A stretch of DNA of 64,000 nt from the human T2T-CHM13v2.0 reference genome, Homo sapiens: NCBI RefSeq assembly GCF_009914755.1, contig NC_060929.1. The stretch is one strand, 5' to 3'. Positions 13,922 to 29,901 of the stretch are shown one piece after another (within the stretch, counting starts at the first letter, position 1; each line of letters starts with the position of its first letter). The position numbers and the translations under genes are program-made. The notes beneath the pieces are model-generated. The model saw only the letters and a list, made by a program, of their open reading frames with translations. It had not been told where the DNA came from and searched no databases.

Positions 13922-13975
13922 AAAAAATGAGTTTCTTTTTATTGCTAATGCCCTGTATTTTTATCTTCCTTTCAG

Positions 13976-14078
13976 GAAATCAAATCAATGAAGAAAAGAA
14001 TGAGTGAGCTATGTATTGATTTTAACAAAAACCTCAATGAGGATGATACCTTCCTTGTATTTTCCAAGGCTGAACTTG
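13976..14078 (+). CDS. NLN: Neurolysin exon 5, 103 nt
   Basis: ctttcag|GAAATC...GAACTTG|gtaagt; [34 protein letters not shown](G). Confidence 0.96.
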
Positions 14079-14402
14079 GTAAGTTTTATTATTTTTCTAG
14101 ATTAAATCATATAATTTAGGCAAATAGTGTTACCTCACAGTTTGTTTTACTTTCCAGATACAAAATTTCTAAATCATAGTTCAAATAATTATTTAAAAAA
14201 TGATCCAGTACCTAAGTCCACCACCCCTTCTACAGAAGAGACAATCAAACCAACCAAAATTAGATTTTAGGCTAATGAGGGTATATAAAATTTCTAGAGA
14301 CAGTCCAGAGGGGACTTAATAATCTTTTTTTTTTTTCATAATTTTTCTTGGTAGTTTATAGTTGTGTTTAACAGCCTTCAGTGCCTTAAAATTTTTTTTT
14401 GA

Positions 14403-14767
<365 letters not shown>

Positions 14768-15057
14768 TTTCCTGGGTCTTTCTTCACTTAATTTTGCCTG
14801 TTCTCCACTGAAACATCATTTGCACAAGTTTACTGAAACCTGTTCATATTTTGAATTGCCGTCTCCCAAGGCACCTGGCCTCTAACAGCCACCCCAATTC
14901 CAGCAACATCAAAATGATATTTAAAGGATTGTCATTATTTTACTTGAATTTCAATTACTACACAAAATTCCTAGAGCTACCAAAAGGCACCATGCCAATA
15001 CTAAATAAACCAGCAATGAGTGGAAAATTTGATATATGAGAAAATGATTTTTTGCAG

Positions 15058-15218
15058 GTGCTCTTCCTGATGATTTCATTGACAGTTTAGAAAAGACAGA
15101 TGATGACAAGTATAAAATTACCTTAAAATATCCACACTATTTCCCTGTCATGAAGAAATGTTGTATCCCTGAAACCAGAAGAAGGATGGAAATGGCTTTT
15201 AATACAAGGTGCAAAGAG
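15058..15218 (+). CDS. NLN: Neurolysin exon 6, 161 nt
   Basis: tttgcag|GTGCT...AAAGAG|gtatta; (G)[53 protein letters not shown]. Confidence 0.96.
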
Positions 15219-15519
15219 GTATTATAAATGTTTGTCTTTCTTTTGTTTTTAATGGAATATTTTAAGAAAAGGGTTTACTTTGTTCACCAGTGTCAAAGTC
15301 AGCTCAGAGACTGATATTCCTGTGTGTGCACTGTATCTCTAATTCCTCAGACTTACAAGACTTTTAGCTTTTTCATTGCTCATTGACAACCTGCTTGGTG
15401 TGGTCACAGGATAAGCTGTTCTAATAAAAATAGAATGGATTAAATAAATTAGAATTCTGTTGCTCCTCTCCTAAATCAACAATCCAGCACTGGTAAGTCC
15501 TGCTTTAATATGAAAAAGA

Positions 15520-17580
15520 AAAAAGGAAGAAGTAGACAGGGATTCTCAGTCATCTAGCCAGTTCTACCGTGATCTGCCTCTCTAGCTATCCAAGTAACCA
15601 TGAGGACCCTTTTTTCCTTACATAGGACCCATTCACCATTTGTTAATTCCCAGTTACTGCCTGAAGCTCAAAGACCAGGATCTCTGGGTGATACAGTTCT
15701 TCCTGCTTGTAGCTTCTCATAATCCAGCAAACTATAAAAGGAAGACAAGTTATCAGCTCCTCACCCCCACACCCTCCCCCAACACTCCCAGTGATGGCAT
15801 AGGAAAAGAATAACCGCACTGAAAAGTCCCATTTGGAAAAAGAAAGACTGGGAAACATAGCAAGCTCATAGCAATTTTCGAAAATTTTCAAATTCCTCAG
15901 GAACTGGGAAGATTCTGTACTATGGTGACGTTTCTTGGTTAGCTTGTTGGACTAAACTTGGGTCTGCTTTCTCATAAGAATTCCTTTATCAATTATACTC
16001 CATGGCCCCCAGTTTTGCCCACAGGGAATTGTTTTTGTCCATTATCCTTGATGACCATATCTTGGGGGACTGCTGGTCCTGCTAATGTCAGGTAGAATCC
16101 CAAGGGTTGCTTTAGGGATCAAATAATCCAAACTTTTGTAGGCCAGACTTACGATATCTTTGGTAATACAGCCTCCTCAAAAATGTAGGTTTGTTGTCTG
16201 TTTGCTGCTAATCAGATGCATGTCAAAATAACTATACCCAAATATCACTTTTGGTCATAGTTCTTAAACTTGCCAAATCTTATATACTGTCTTCTGAATT
16301 TATCCATCTCACTCTTCCTCCATTTAATGAAGTCTGCTTTCAGGCCCTCTGAACATAGTGAGCTTGTGGAGGAAGGCAGCATTCTCAAATTCATGTCTGC
16401 AGTTCAGTAACTCGGAGTGACAGCCTTTTCTCTTAACACTAGGAACACAGAGCAATTGGCTTTTCCAACCATCTGAAGATTGTAGGCCATAGGCAGAACC
16501 TCCCTGAGCAGAATTCTTTTCCTTCCATCTTTAGAAACTGGCCAATTCTCACCCAAGCTTATCTCTCCCATGTAATCTTTCAAAAAGCAACAAATGCCAA
16601 AAAAACACCTCCCAACAGTATTAGCTTTCCCAAACAATTCCTCTAGGCTAAGACTCAGTAGGTACATGGCCTGCTGTCTGAGTTATGGCAAGCAACAGTT
16701 TTCACAAATGCCCATGGTATAATGAGAACCTGCTTCCCAGCCTGCAATGTCTGGGTCCTTACCTTCCATTCCTGTACATTTTTCATTTTTATTGTTAGTA
16801 CCACCCAATTTCTGGTATTAATCTCTACATATGTTAGGGTCCAGGCTAAGGGACTTGACAGAAGTCAAAAGCACAGTTAACTCAAATAAGATAAAAGTTT
16901 TATCTTTCCAGAAAGTAGATTAGAGGTTACCAGGGAATGGGGAGAGGGAAGACTGAGGAGTTAATGGTTACAGAGTTTCTGTTTGGGGTAATGGATAAGT
17001 TTTAGAAACAGATGATGGTAGTGGTTGCACAATAGAATGAGTATTATTGCCGTTGAATTTTACATGGCTAAAATGGCAGATTTTACCACAATTTTTTTTT
17101 AAAAGATTTGTCTTATAACTGTAAGTCAAGAGGTGAGTGGTCCAGAGGTGGAAGACAGCTCTACCATCCTCAGGGTGTGGCTTTCAGGGTCATTGAGGTC
17201 ATCTTCAGTTCACAGCCAGCAAGGCAAAGATCTATCAGACATGACCCAGAAATTTCACTCATCACTTCATTCACATCCCATTGTCCCATTGAGTATCACA
17301 TGGCCACAGCTGGCTTTGAGGAAGGCTGGGAAACGTAATTAGGTAACCAAGTGTCCGGCAAAAATTCAGAGTTCAGCCAGGCACAGTGGCTCACACTTGT
17401 AATCCCAACGCTTTGGGAGGCCAAGGCAAGAGGATTGCTTGAGGCCAGGAGTTCAAGACCAGCCTCAGCAATATGGCAAGACCTCACCTCTATGAAAATT
17501 AAAAAAAAAAAAAAAAATTCAGAGTTATATTACTAAAAGAAAAAATGAGAGAACAGATATTGGGAGAAAATTGGCAGTCT
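15520..17580 (-). mobile_element. Degraded MLT1 internal region plus MLT1J-like LTR, interrupted by an L1M fragment (~16909-17105) and an Alu monomer (~17374-17513)
   Basis: tcccatttggaaaaagaaag; ccacccaatttctggtatt internal/LTR junction; catcccattg...cacatggccac; monomer TSD aaaattcagagtt. Confidence 0.55.
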
Positions 17581-17709
17581 AGAGAGAAGATCTGGAGAAA
17601 CTGCAAAAAATGAAAGAAAAATCTAATTAAACTATTTAATTTTAGAACTTGGAGAATTACATTATGTATGTTTCTCTTCTATGTTTTCCATTTTAGTTTT
17701 AAAATAATA

Positions 17710-17945
17710 ATAATTATAACAGATAATTATATAGTGTTTGGTTATGTGCCAGGCATTTGTCTAAGCACTTTACATATATTTTCATTTGAATCTTCATGAT
17801 TACTCTCCAGTGTAGGTATTTTTATTTTCCACATCTTGCAAATGAGAAAACTGAGGGTCAGAAAGCTCCAGAATTTGCCCAAGATCAGGTAACTAGTAAA
17901 TGGTGGAACCAAATTTTGAATGCAGGTAGTGTGACCTCAGTGTGT
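17710..17945 (+). mobile_element. MIR
   Basis: gtgccaggcatttgtctaagcactttaca...gagaaaactgagggtcagaa...ttgcccaagatca. Confidence 0.7.
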
Positions 17946-18177
17946 GATTTTCCTTAGAAACCAGTCTATAAATAATTTGCTGATTTGATTATTGGAATCA
18001 GTTTTTTCTTTTACTTTAACATTTACTTACTTCCTCTAGGAGAATTACTTTTATTTCATTGTTAAGAAAATAATAATATCAATTTTTGTATTTTTAATAC
18101 AAATAAAATATAAAAGATATTTGTAATGTTAATTTGGGAAAAATCCCTGAAACATTTTTAAAAGCAGAATTTTATGG

Positions 18178-18496
18178 TGCCTTAGTTCATTTGTGCTGCT
18201 ATAACAAAATACCACAGACGAAGTAATTTATGAACAATAGAAATTTTTCACAGTTCTGAAGGCTGAGAAATTCAAGATCAAGGGGCATCGGCATTCAGTG
18301 TCTAGAAAGGGCCTTTTTTCTATATCCTCACATGGCAGAAGGGGGAAGGGCAGAAAAGGCCCAAGTTCTTTAGCTGTAGCCCTTTTATAAGGCACTAATT
18401 CATTGGTCAATTCCCAAAAGGCCCTGCCATTTAACACTACCTCAAAAGGGATTATGTTTCAACACATGAATTTTGGGGAACATTCAGACCATAGCA
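18178..18496 (-). mobile_element. MST/MLT1A-type solo LTR
   Basis: tgccttagttcatttgtgctgctataacaaaataccac...cattcagaccatagca; t(a/g)tgg flanks. Confidence 0.75.
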
Positions 18497-19160
18497 TGTG
18501 GCATTAAGTATATTCACATTGAGAATATGTTTATATTTTTCTGCAGCCATCACCTGTATCCACCTGCAGAGTTTTTTCATCTTCCTTAACTGAAACTCTA
18601 CCCATTAAGCATTAACTCCCCATTATCCCCTATCCCCAGGCCCTGGCAATTACTATTCTATTCTGTGTCTCTGTGAATTTCACTACTCTAGGAACTTCAT
18701 ATAAGTGGAATAATAAAATATTTGTCTTTTTGTATCTGGCTTATTTCACTTAGCATACCTTAAAGGGTCATCCATGTTGTAGCATGTGTCAGAATTTCCT
18801 TCCTTGTAAAGGCAGAGTTATATTCCATTGCATATATATACCACATTTTGTTTACCTGTATATCTGTCCATGGACACTTGGGTTGCTTCCATCTTTTGGC
18901 TGTTATAAATAATGCTGCTGTGGACATGGGTGTATAGATCTCTCTTCGAGTCTCTGCTTTCAATTATCTTTGTTATTTACTGAGATGTAGAATTGCTGGA
19001 TCATATGGTATAATTTTTTTAGGAATCACCATACCGTTTTCTACAGCAGCTAAACTACTTTACATTCTCATCAGCAATGTGCAAGGGTTCCAATTTCTCC
19101 ATTTCCTCACCAGCACATTTTCTATGTTTTTAAAAATAGTAGCCATACAACTGGGTATGA
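18497..19160 (-). mobile_element. L1MB-type fragment
   Basis: ctggcttatttcacttagcat...aattgctggatcatatggta; ORF 18760..18963 resembles the L1 ORF2 C-terminus. Confidence 0.85.
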
Positions 19161-19567
19161 AATTAAAAAGATAAATTTTACGTTATGTGTATTTTACCAC
19201 AATAAAAATGTCCAAAGGAACTGAAAGTACCAATATTTGGTGCAGTTCTGTCAGTAGAAGTAAATATGGATTCGCTATATTCCTTAAAAATATATTTTCA
19301 CTCTAAGTTTGTAGCACCTACAATTTTATTAAGACCTCATAGTTCTGAAGTTTAAAAAGTCATAAATTGTTTCAGAAATAAAACGAAATCATGAATCCAA
19401 AAAAAAAAAAAAAAGCCTATAACACCAAAATGGAACCAGAAATTTAAATGGTCTAAAAATATTTGATAATTTTACAAACCTAAAAATACATACAGTAATT
19501 CTTCCTTTTAGTGCTTTGGATCAAATTATTGATTAGCCTTTATTTTGTTGCTGTTGTTTATTACTAG

Positions 19568-19703
19568 GAAAACACCATAATTTTGCAGCAGCTACTCCCA
19601 CTGCGAACCAAGGTGGCCAAACTACTCGGTTATAGCACACATGCTGACTTCGTCCTTGAAATGAACACTGCAAAGAGCACAAGCCGCGTAACAGCCTTTC
19701 TAG
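19568..19703 (+). CDS. NLN: Neurolysin exon 7, 136 nt
   Basis: tactag|GAAAAC...TTTCTAG|gttagt; [45 protein letters not shown]. Confidence 0.96.
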
Positions 19704-20367
19704 GTTAGTTCTTTTTTTTTTTTCTATGACTGTTTTGCTATACCATGTCAACCAGACAGAAGGCCTCAGAACATAATATGCCTTTGAGGACATCCTACTT
19801 TTCCTTCATTTGAGAGAAGTATATTGATCACCTATTAAGTGTTAGATAGTGTGCTTGGTTGTAGGGACTGCTTATTGTTTATATTGCTAGTATAGGCCTG
19901 GCTTCACTGTATCTTATATCTTCTTTAGGCTTTTTATACTAATTCCTAACATGACATGTAGGTTCTAACAGAGAGTTACTAAAGTTACTGGCTTTATTCT
20001 CTTCACTAGGGATTTAGTAGTCATAGCATGGCTGCTTATGAATTTGTATAAAATAAGCTGACAAATATGACGTACATAAAAATAAAACATACATAAACAA
20101 AAAACATTTAATATTCCAGAAACCACTTGTTAATATACAAAACTAATATAAAATAATATACATAAAACTAGTATCTAATAACTAATATAAAATAATATGT
20201 ATAAAAACTGTTATCTAGTAACTATAATGTTAAACTCCATAAATGGTACATATTTGTTTTTGTATAATTCACTCATTCATTCATGAGACGTTTATGAAAT
20301 AACTATTCAGCCTTAGGCAGTATGCTAAATAGTAGGATTACAGAAAGGAGTAAAACAAGGTCCTTTT

Positions 20368-20670
20368 GGCTGGGCATGGCAGTTCATGCCTGTAATCCCA
20401 GCACTTCGGGAGGCCGAGGTGAGAGGACTACTTGAGACCCAGAGTCCAAGACCAGCTTGGGAAACAAAGAGACCCCAACCCTGTCTCTACAGAAAAATTT
20501 AAAAATTAGCCAGGCATGGTAGCACATGCCTGTAATTCTAGCTACTTGGGAGGCTGAGGTGGGAGGATCCCTTGAGCCCAGGAGTTCAAGGCTGCAGTGA
20601 GCCATGATCATGCCACTGTGCTCCAGCCTGGGTGACAGAGCAAAATCCTGTCTCTAAAAATAAAAATAAT
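20368..20670 (+). mobile_element. AluJ-like
   Basis: Dimeric Alu, TSD acaaggtc. Confidence 0.9.
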
Positions 20671-21004
20671 TTTTTAAAAAGAGACAAGGTCTTTTTCTCA
20701 ATGGATTTGTCACTTACTAGAAACAACAGAAGTGTGAACAGGTAATTACTCTACAGTCTGATGCATGGTATACAAGAGGATGGCTCAGAGAGTTAACAGG
20801 TTTGTAAAGAATGTTTCCTTCAGTGGTGATTGCATACACTAAAATTTTCCTTAGTAACCACCTGATTAACTTAATTCATTTAAAGGAGTTTTCCTTCTAA
20901 TTTGAGATTGGCATATTCCTATGCAAAGTGTCCTCTTGAGAGGCTAAAGTGCGAGGATCCCTTGAATCTGAGAGTTGGAGTCCAGCCTGGGCAACATAGC
21001 AAAA

Positions 21005-21029
21005 CTCACTCACTCTCTCTCTCTCTCTT

Positions 21030-21060
<31 letters not shown>

Positions 21061-21127
21061 GTGTGTGTATACATACATGCGCACACACAGACACATGCAC
21101 GCACACATGCACATGGATATATATATG
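21005..21127. repeat. Compound microsatellite (CT)n(TA)n(TG)n..(CA)n(TA)n after an Alu fragment (~20938-21004)
   Basis: Directly visible. Confidence 0.9.
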
Positions 21128-21910
21128 GAAAACTATATCTTTGTATCCTCCATGAGTTTCCTCACTTCTCTTCACGGTATTCCTCGGGCTGCTCCTCCAT
21201 CTCTCACATTGTGAGGTTGCCTTCTGAACTGCCATGTCCTTTGCAGAGCCAGGCATGTTTTTATCGTAACGTATGTAACAAAATGTAAAAAATAAATACA
21301 TAAGACCATACTCATTTATCCAAATACAGTAAAGTGAAAAATTGACCACAGCAATATAATTTGTGGTTCTCAGAAGTTTCTCCAGCTAAAAACTGGAATT
21401 GCTGTGTCCAGATAAACCTTCACAGAAATGGGGTAATGAGAAACTAAACCCAGTGATAGGAATTTCTAGATAACATTGACCACAGGTCACATCTGATGTG
21501 TTTTCCCTAGCTTTCTTAGGAGTCTGACTGTCTTCATTGAAGAATAATCATGTACATGACTTTAGTTTCACTAGTGCTTTTTTCCCTGAATAACATTCTT
21601 CAGTCAGCGTTCTCTGAGATAAACTTGAGCTTTGGTGATGAATTGAGGAACTCATGGCCCAGTTCTGGGGGTGTTAAAAGAAAAAGGGGCTAGGACCATA
21701 AAATCAATAACCCCGAAGAGCAAAGTGTGCTTCCATAATACAGCCTGCTTTCCTCCCTCACGTTTTTCCTCCTCCTTTACCTCTTTCCGCCTTATTTATC
21801 TGTATTGAGTACTGCAAAGGAGGAAGCACCATGCTAAAACACAGGTGGTATTTATGAGTATGCTTGCTTCCAAAAGCAAGTAGATCACTAACTTTTCCTT
21901 TTCCTTACAG

Positions 21911-22277
21911 ATGATTTAAGCCAGAAGTTAAAACCCTTGGGTGAAGCAGAACGAGAGTTTATTTTGAATTTGAAGAAAAAGGAATGCAAAGACAGGGGTT
22001 TTGAATATGATGGGAAAATCAATGCCTGGGATCTATATTACTACATGACTCAGACAGAGGAACTCAAGTATTCCATAGACCAAGAGTTCCTCAAGGAATA
22101 CTTCCCAATTGAGGTGGTCACTGAAGGCTTGCTGAACACCTACCAGGAGTTGTTGGGACTTTCATTTGAACAAATGACAGATGCTCATGTTTGGAACAAG
22201 AGTGTTACACTTTATACTGTGAAGGATAAAGCTACAGGAGAAGTATTGGGACAGTTCTATTTGGACCTCTATCCAAG
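21911..22277 (+). CDS. NLN: Neurolysin exon 8, 367 nt
   Basis: ccttacag|ATGAT...CCAAG|gtactg; overlaps ORF 21937..22284 (INAWDLYYY...EYFPIEVV...[10 protein letters not shown]), typical of M3A oligopeptidases. Confidence 0.97.
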
Positions 22278-22333
22278 GTACTGAGGATCACGTTGTTGGA
22301 AGGGACCTTAGGGATTCAGCTATGCCTACTTTA

Positions 22334-22945
<612 letters not shown>

Positions 22946-23283
22946 AAGACTCTACTCTTCCATATTTCTCACATGGGCTTCTTAGTATACAGATTTAAAA
23001 TGTGGGTCTGAAGCCAGAATGTCTGGCATCATCATTTACTAGGTAGGTTACTTAATTTTTCTGTGCCCCAGTTTTCTTACCTATATTATAGGTCCTATAA
23101 ACTGGGAATATTAGTAGTACCTGCTTTGTATGGTCACTGTAAGGATTAAATTGGTTGAATACATGCAAAGCATTTAGAAGACTGCTCAGCACATAGCAAA
23201 GGCTTAATCAGAGTTAGCTGCTACCATTGTCATTATCATCATCATCTAGTTTGTGCACTACATTTACTTAATTGAATATTGAC

Positions 23284-23560
23284 CACCACCCAGACATGGT
23301 GGCTCACACCTGTAATCCCAGCATTTTGGAAGGCTGAGGTGGGCAGATCACTTGAGGTCGGGAGTTCAAGATCAGCCTGGCCAATATGGTGAAACCCTGT
23401 CTCTACTAAAAATACAAAAATTTAACAGGCATCTGTAGTCTCAGCTACTTGGGAGGCCAAGGTATGAGAATAGCTTGAACCCTGGAACTGAGATCACGCC
23501 ACTATACTCCAGCCAGGGCGACAGAGCAAGATTCTAACTCAAAAAACATAAATAAATAAA
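23284..23560 (+). mobile_element. AluS-like with small internal deletions; MIR pieces on both sides (~22990-23250, ~23630-23800)
   Basis: Alu consensus; MIR core ttttctgtgccccagttttctt. Confidence 0.8.
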
Positions 23561-24124
23561 ATTGAGCACCAAAATATTTATTAGATAATCTGTCTGCCAA
23601 TAATCTATGGCCACTCCCTTCAGTCTGGCTGAGAGGCAGCACAGTTTAGTAGAAGTAGCAAAACCTTTGCAGTCAGTCAGATTTGAGTTTGAATGCTTGA
23701 GTGACATAACCTCTTTGAGATTCTGTTTCTTCCTCTGTAATATGGGACTGGAAATCCTTTTACAGGATTGTTTTATGCATTAAAGACTATATGTGCAAAT
23801 CATCTTCCCCAGATATCAGTGGTAACAATTATAAAAATGTTATAATTGTGTCTATAGCATGTAATAACTATAGATTCCATAGTGTTTCATCAGATACAAA
23901 AGGATTTGGATCTCTTTCTCCCCAGGCTACTTTCTAAAGCAAAGTCAACCTCTTACAATTACTAATCATTTAAATAGATCAAAGGAGAGTATAGTATCCC
24001 CCTCATTCAGTAATACACACAAGTTTGTAATCCACTGACTTTGAGTGCTGAAAAGTAGGTTGAGTAACTGTGTCATCTAGTTGGTGGGCAGAAGTGTCTT
24101 TTAGCACCTAAGTGATTATCCTGG

Positions 24125-24486
24125 TGTATTAGTCCTTTCTCACAGTGCTGTAAAGAACTGACTGAGACTGGGTAATTTATAAAGGAAAGAAGTTTAATTG
24201 ACTTACAGTTCTGCAGGGCTGGGGAGACCTCAGGAAACTTACAATCATGGCAGAAGGGGAAGCAAACACATCCTTCTTCACGTGGCGGCAGGAAGGGGAA
24301 GTGCCAAGCCAACAGGGGAAAGCCCCTTATGAAACCATCAGCTCTTGTGAGAACTCACTCACTATCATGAGACTGGCTACCCCATGAATCAATTACTTCC
24401 CACTGGGTCCCTCCCACGACACGTGGGGATTATGAGAACTACAATTCAAGATAAGCTTTGGGTGGAGACACAGCCAAATCACATCA
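24125..24486 (-). mobile_element. THE1 solo LTR
   Basis: tgtattagtcc...cacagccaaatcacatca; TSD cctg(g/c). Confidence 0.9.
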
Positions 24487-24939
24487 CCTGCTGCTTTATG
24501 GACTTACTTTCACTAATATTATGACCTAAAAGTAAAACCCTGCCAAATATAGATGAGTCTTATTTTTAAATAAAAAGTATCAGGATATAGTTTTAACCGA
24601 AGAACTCTTTCAGGAGTAATCCTTTAATATTGGAGTCTCCTATAACTGTCCTCAGATTTTCTTTCCAGCGTCAAATAACAATTCTTGCTACCTCATTCTG
24701 CTGTCTCACTGCCAGGATATAATTAATTTCTTTTGTACTGAGAGATCTGGTCATTGCTACCAGCACCCTGGTGTGGGTAACAGAGAGTAATCTTTGTGAA
24801 AGTAGTGACCTAGTTAATACTTACTTCCTGTCATCTTAAGATGTTCTCTTCATAAAGGTAAAAGGGATTAACTTGTTTTATTTGTCTAACTGACTTTTAA
24901 AAAGGGTATTCAGAATAGGTTTTAAAAAGACCAGGTACT

Positions 24940-25692
<753 letters not shown>

Positions 25693-26202
25693 TTATGCAT
25701 TTTCCCAGGCTAACTAAAAGCATTCTGTTTCAAAAAGGCCTGTCTAGTTTATAAAAGAAGCTTATTTAATTGTGATTACTGATTCTTTCCTCCTCAAATA
25801 AAAGGAAAAACCTTATCGTCAGAAATTCAGTTTTTTATTCCGATTTTAATGAAAAGGCTGCCTAGTGAGTCAAACTGTATCTTTTATTTCAAATGTGGGT
25901 TTCAGCATTGTTTAGTGTTTAGTAATCCCATCTTTGAAAAAGAAAAGTAGAACCTCATTAAAATAAATTGGACATTCAGCTGTCGGTGTGACATGCATTC
26001 TTCATTCTTACCTCGAGATTTTTCAATAAAAGAAACTTCGGAGCTCACACAGAATGTTAGTGGGGTTATTGTTTGTTTAGCTTTAGTTTTTCCATTTTAG
26101 CAAAATAACCTACTTTCTAAAAGGTAAATTAATGTTTAAAGGCATCTCTGGTAACAGATATGGCTTAATGACTGGAAGAGGCCATGCCAGTGTAGTTGCT
26201 AG

Positions 26203-26742
<540 letters not shown>

Positions 26743-26995
26743 TAGGAATTTGATATAAATTTCTCAGAAAAACTGTGCTGTAATCTGTCTCTTCTGCTTA
26801 TCAATGCTTTGTTTACTTTAGTGGTTTTTCAATCCTCTTAGACCCTTTACTCATTTTTAAATAATAATTTTGTAACATTTGCCTTTACTAACTTCAAATT
26901 AAAATCATAGATAATATAGTCTAACCATGCAAAGAATTTGCCAGAGTGGAGGTGTATGTGTGCAGTAGATTAAAACTGATTTTTTTATTTCTGAA

Positions 26996-27001
26996 AATAA
27001 A
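26996..27001 (+). terminator. Candidate intronic poly(A) signal in intron 9
   Basis: AATAAA 250 nt after the stop of the exon-9 read-through ORF, with T-rich flanks. Confidence 0.45.
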
Positions 27002-27130
27002 AAGTACATTTATTCTCAACTTTGTAATACAGTCCATTTAATTAGGCCCAGACTATTCTAGCATGAACCATATGAACTTGCTAACATTTAACCATTATTA
27101 ACATATGAAAATGTCTAGTTCAGCAATTCA

Positions 27131-27440
<310 letters not shown>

Positions 27441-28120
27441 ACCACCCAAAAAACTGATAGTAACAGAAATGAAGGTACAGTTTTCCAAATTTGAAATCTC
27501 TGTATGTCTCTAAAGGTAGACTTAAAAAACAACAACAACAAAAACAAAAACATTTTTATTAGGATACTTTTAGATTCATAGAAAACTTGCAAAGATGATA
27601 TAAGGATTGCCTGTATACCCCTCAGCCTCTCACCCCTACTTGTAACATCTTCCATTCCAATAGCACATTTGTCATAGCTAAGAAGCCAGCATTGATACAG
27701 TACTCCAGACTGAACACCACAGTTTATTTGGATTTTACTAGTTGTCCTTAATGGTCTTTATACAGAGAATCTTCTTAAATCCATACGGTGTCCTCACTGA
27801 ATATAAATAGAAGAAATTTTTGTATTTTTCAAGTGATAATGCTTGGATATGACTATGCAGTAAGACATAATGAAGTATGCTGGAGGTTTGCACTGTATGG
27901 AAGTAACCCTGAATGGAGCAGCAGCAAGTGCAAACTGATGGAAGTGGTTTATGTTGTCAGCTCAGGTCCTAGAACAGTGCTGACAATGGTGGCATGAGGT
28001 TCCAAAATGATGAACACCTCCTGGGAAACTTCAAAAGAAAGTAATCTCACTTCAACTTACACAGTAGATCCTAGTACTTGTAGTCTTAGAAATTAAAATG
28101 GTGTAAAAAATGCTTCGCAA

Positions 28121-28438
<318 letters not shown>

Positions 28439-28862
28439 TTAGTTTCTCGGTTTAGTTACAGCTAGTTTTTTTGATTTATGTGAATAGTCCAGCAGGGGGT
28501 ATGAATGACAAGCAGGATATGGAACAGTCTTTTTGTTGTCCTGACATGTGCAGAATCAGTCCTGTGCATCCAGCATCCCTATATCCCAGAGTAGCCCTAA
28601 TCATTGTAATAACCCAAAATGTACCCATTCATTTCCAAAATAATTCTGTCACCTTTGTTTAAAAACTGGTTCTTTCAACATTTTATCTTTAACCTGGTGC
28701 TTCCATCTTTTGTTTTAAAAAACAGAGGGGAATAGTATATGAGTATGTCCAGAGAAATGTCCTGATATGGCCATTTTTAATCTCTCTTTAATCCAAGGAA
28801 AATAAATCTTTCAGAATAATCTTTCTTTCTTAGGTGTTTTTAAAATTCATTTTCATAGCACT

Positions 28863-29514
<652 letters not shown>

Positions 29515-29738
29515 CTAGGATTCCTGAAATATTTATCGTGTGGACCTTCTATCAATGTCCACACTGTGGTTGACATTTCCTTTAATTAGGATAACTCCAG
29601 TTTACATTTAAAAAAATTTTTTGTAATTTAGAAGTCAAAAATATTTTTCTTAATTTTAGACTTATGGTATATTACTTATATTATCCAAAATCCAGTTATA
29701 TGTTTGTACATAGATTAATAATGACCTGCTTTTAAAAT

Positions 29739-29901
29739 AGTGGATGCTCACATTTTTGGATCTGAGGACCCTATGAAAATCTGATTTATGCTGTGGGTAC
29801 CTCTTGTAGAAAAATACACCTACAAATATGCATGAAATTCCAAAAGGCTCACAGACCCCTCGAAGCCCTCACCATAATGAATCTCAAGTTAAGAACTCCT
29901 G
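29739..29901. mobile_element. Old hAT-Charlie-like MITE fragment
   Basis: agtggatgctcaca...ggctcacagacccc...caagttaagaactcctg. Confidence 0.5.
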
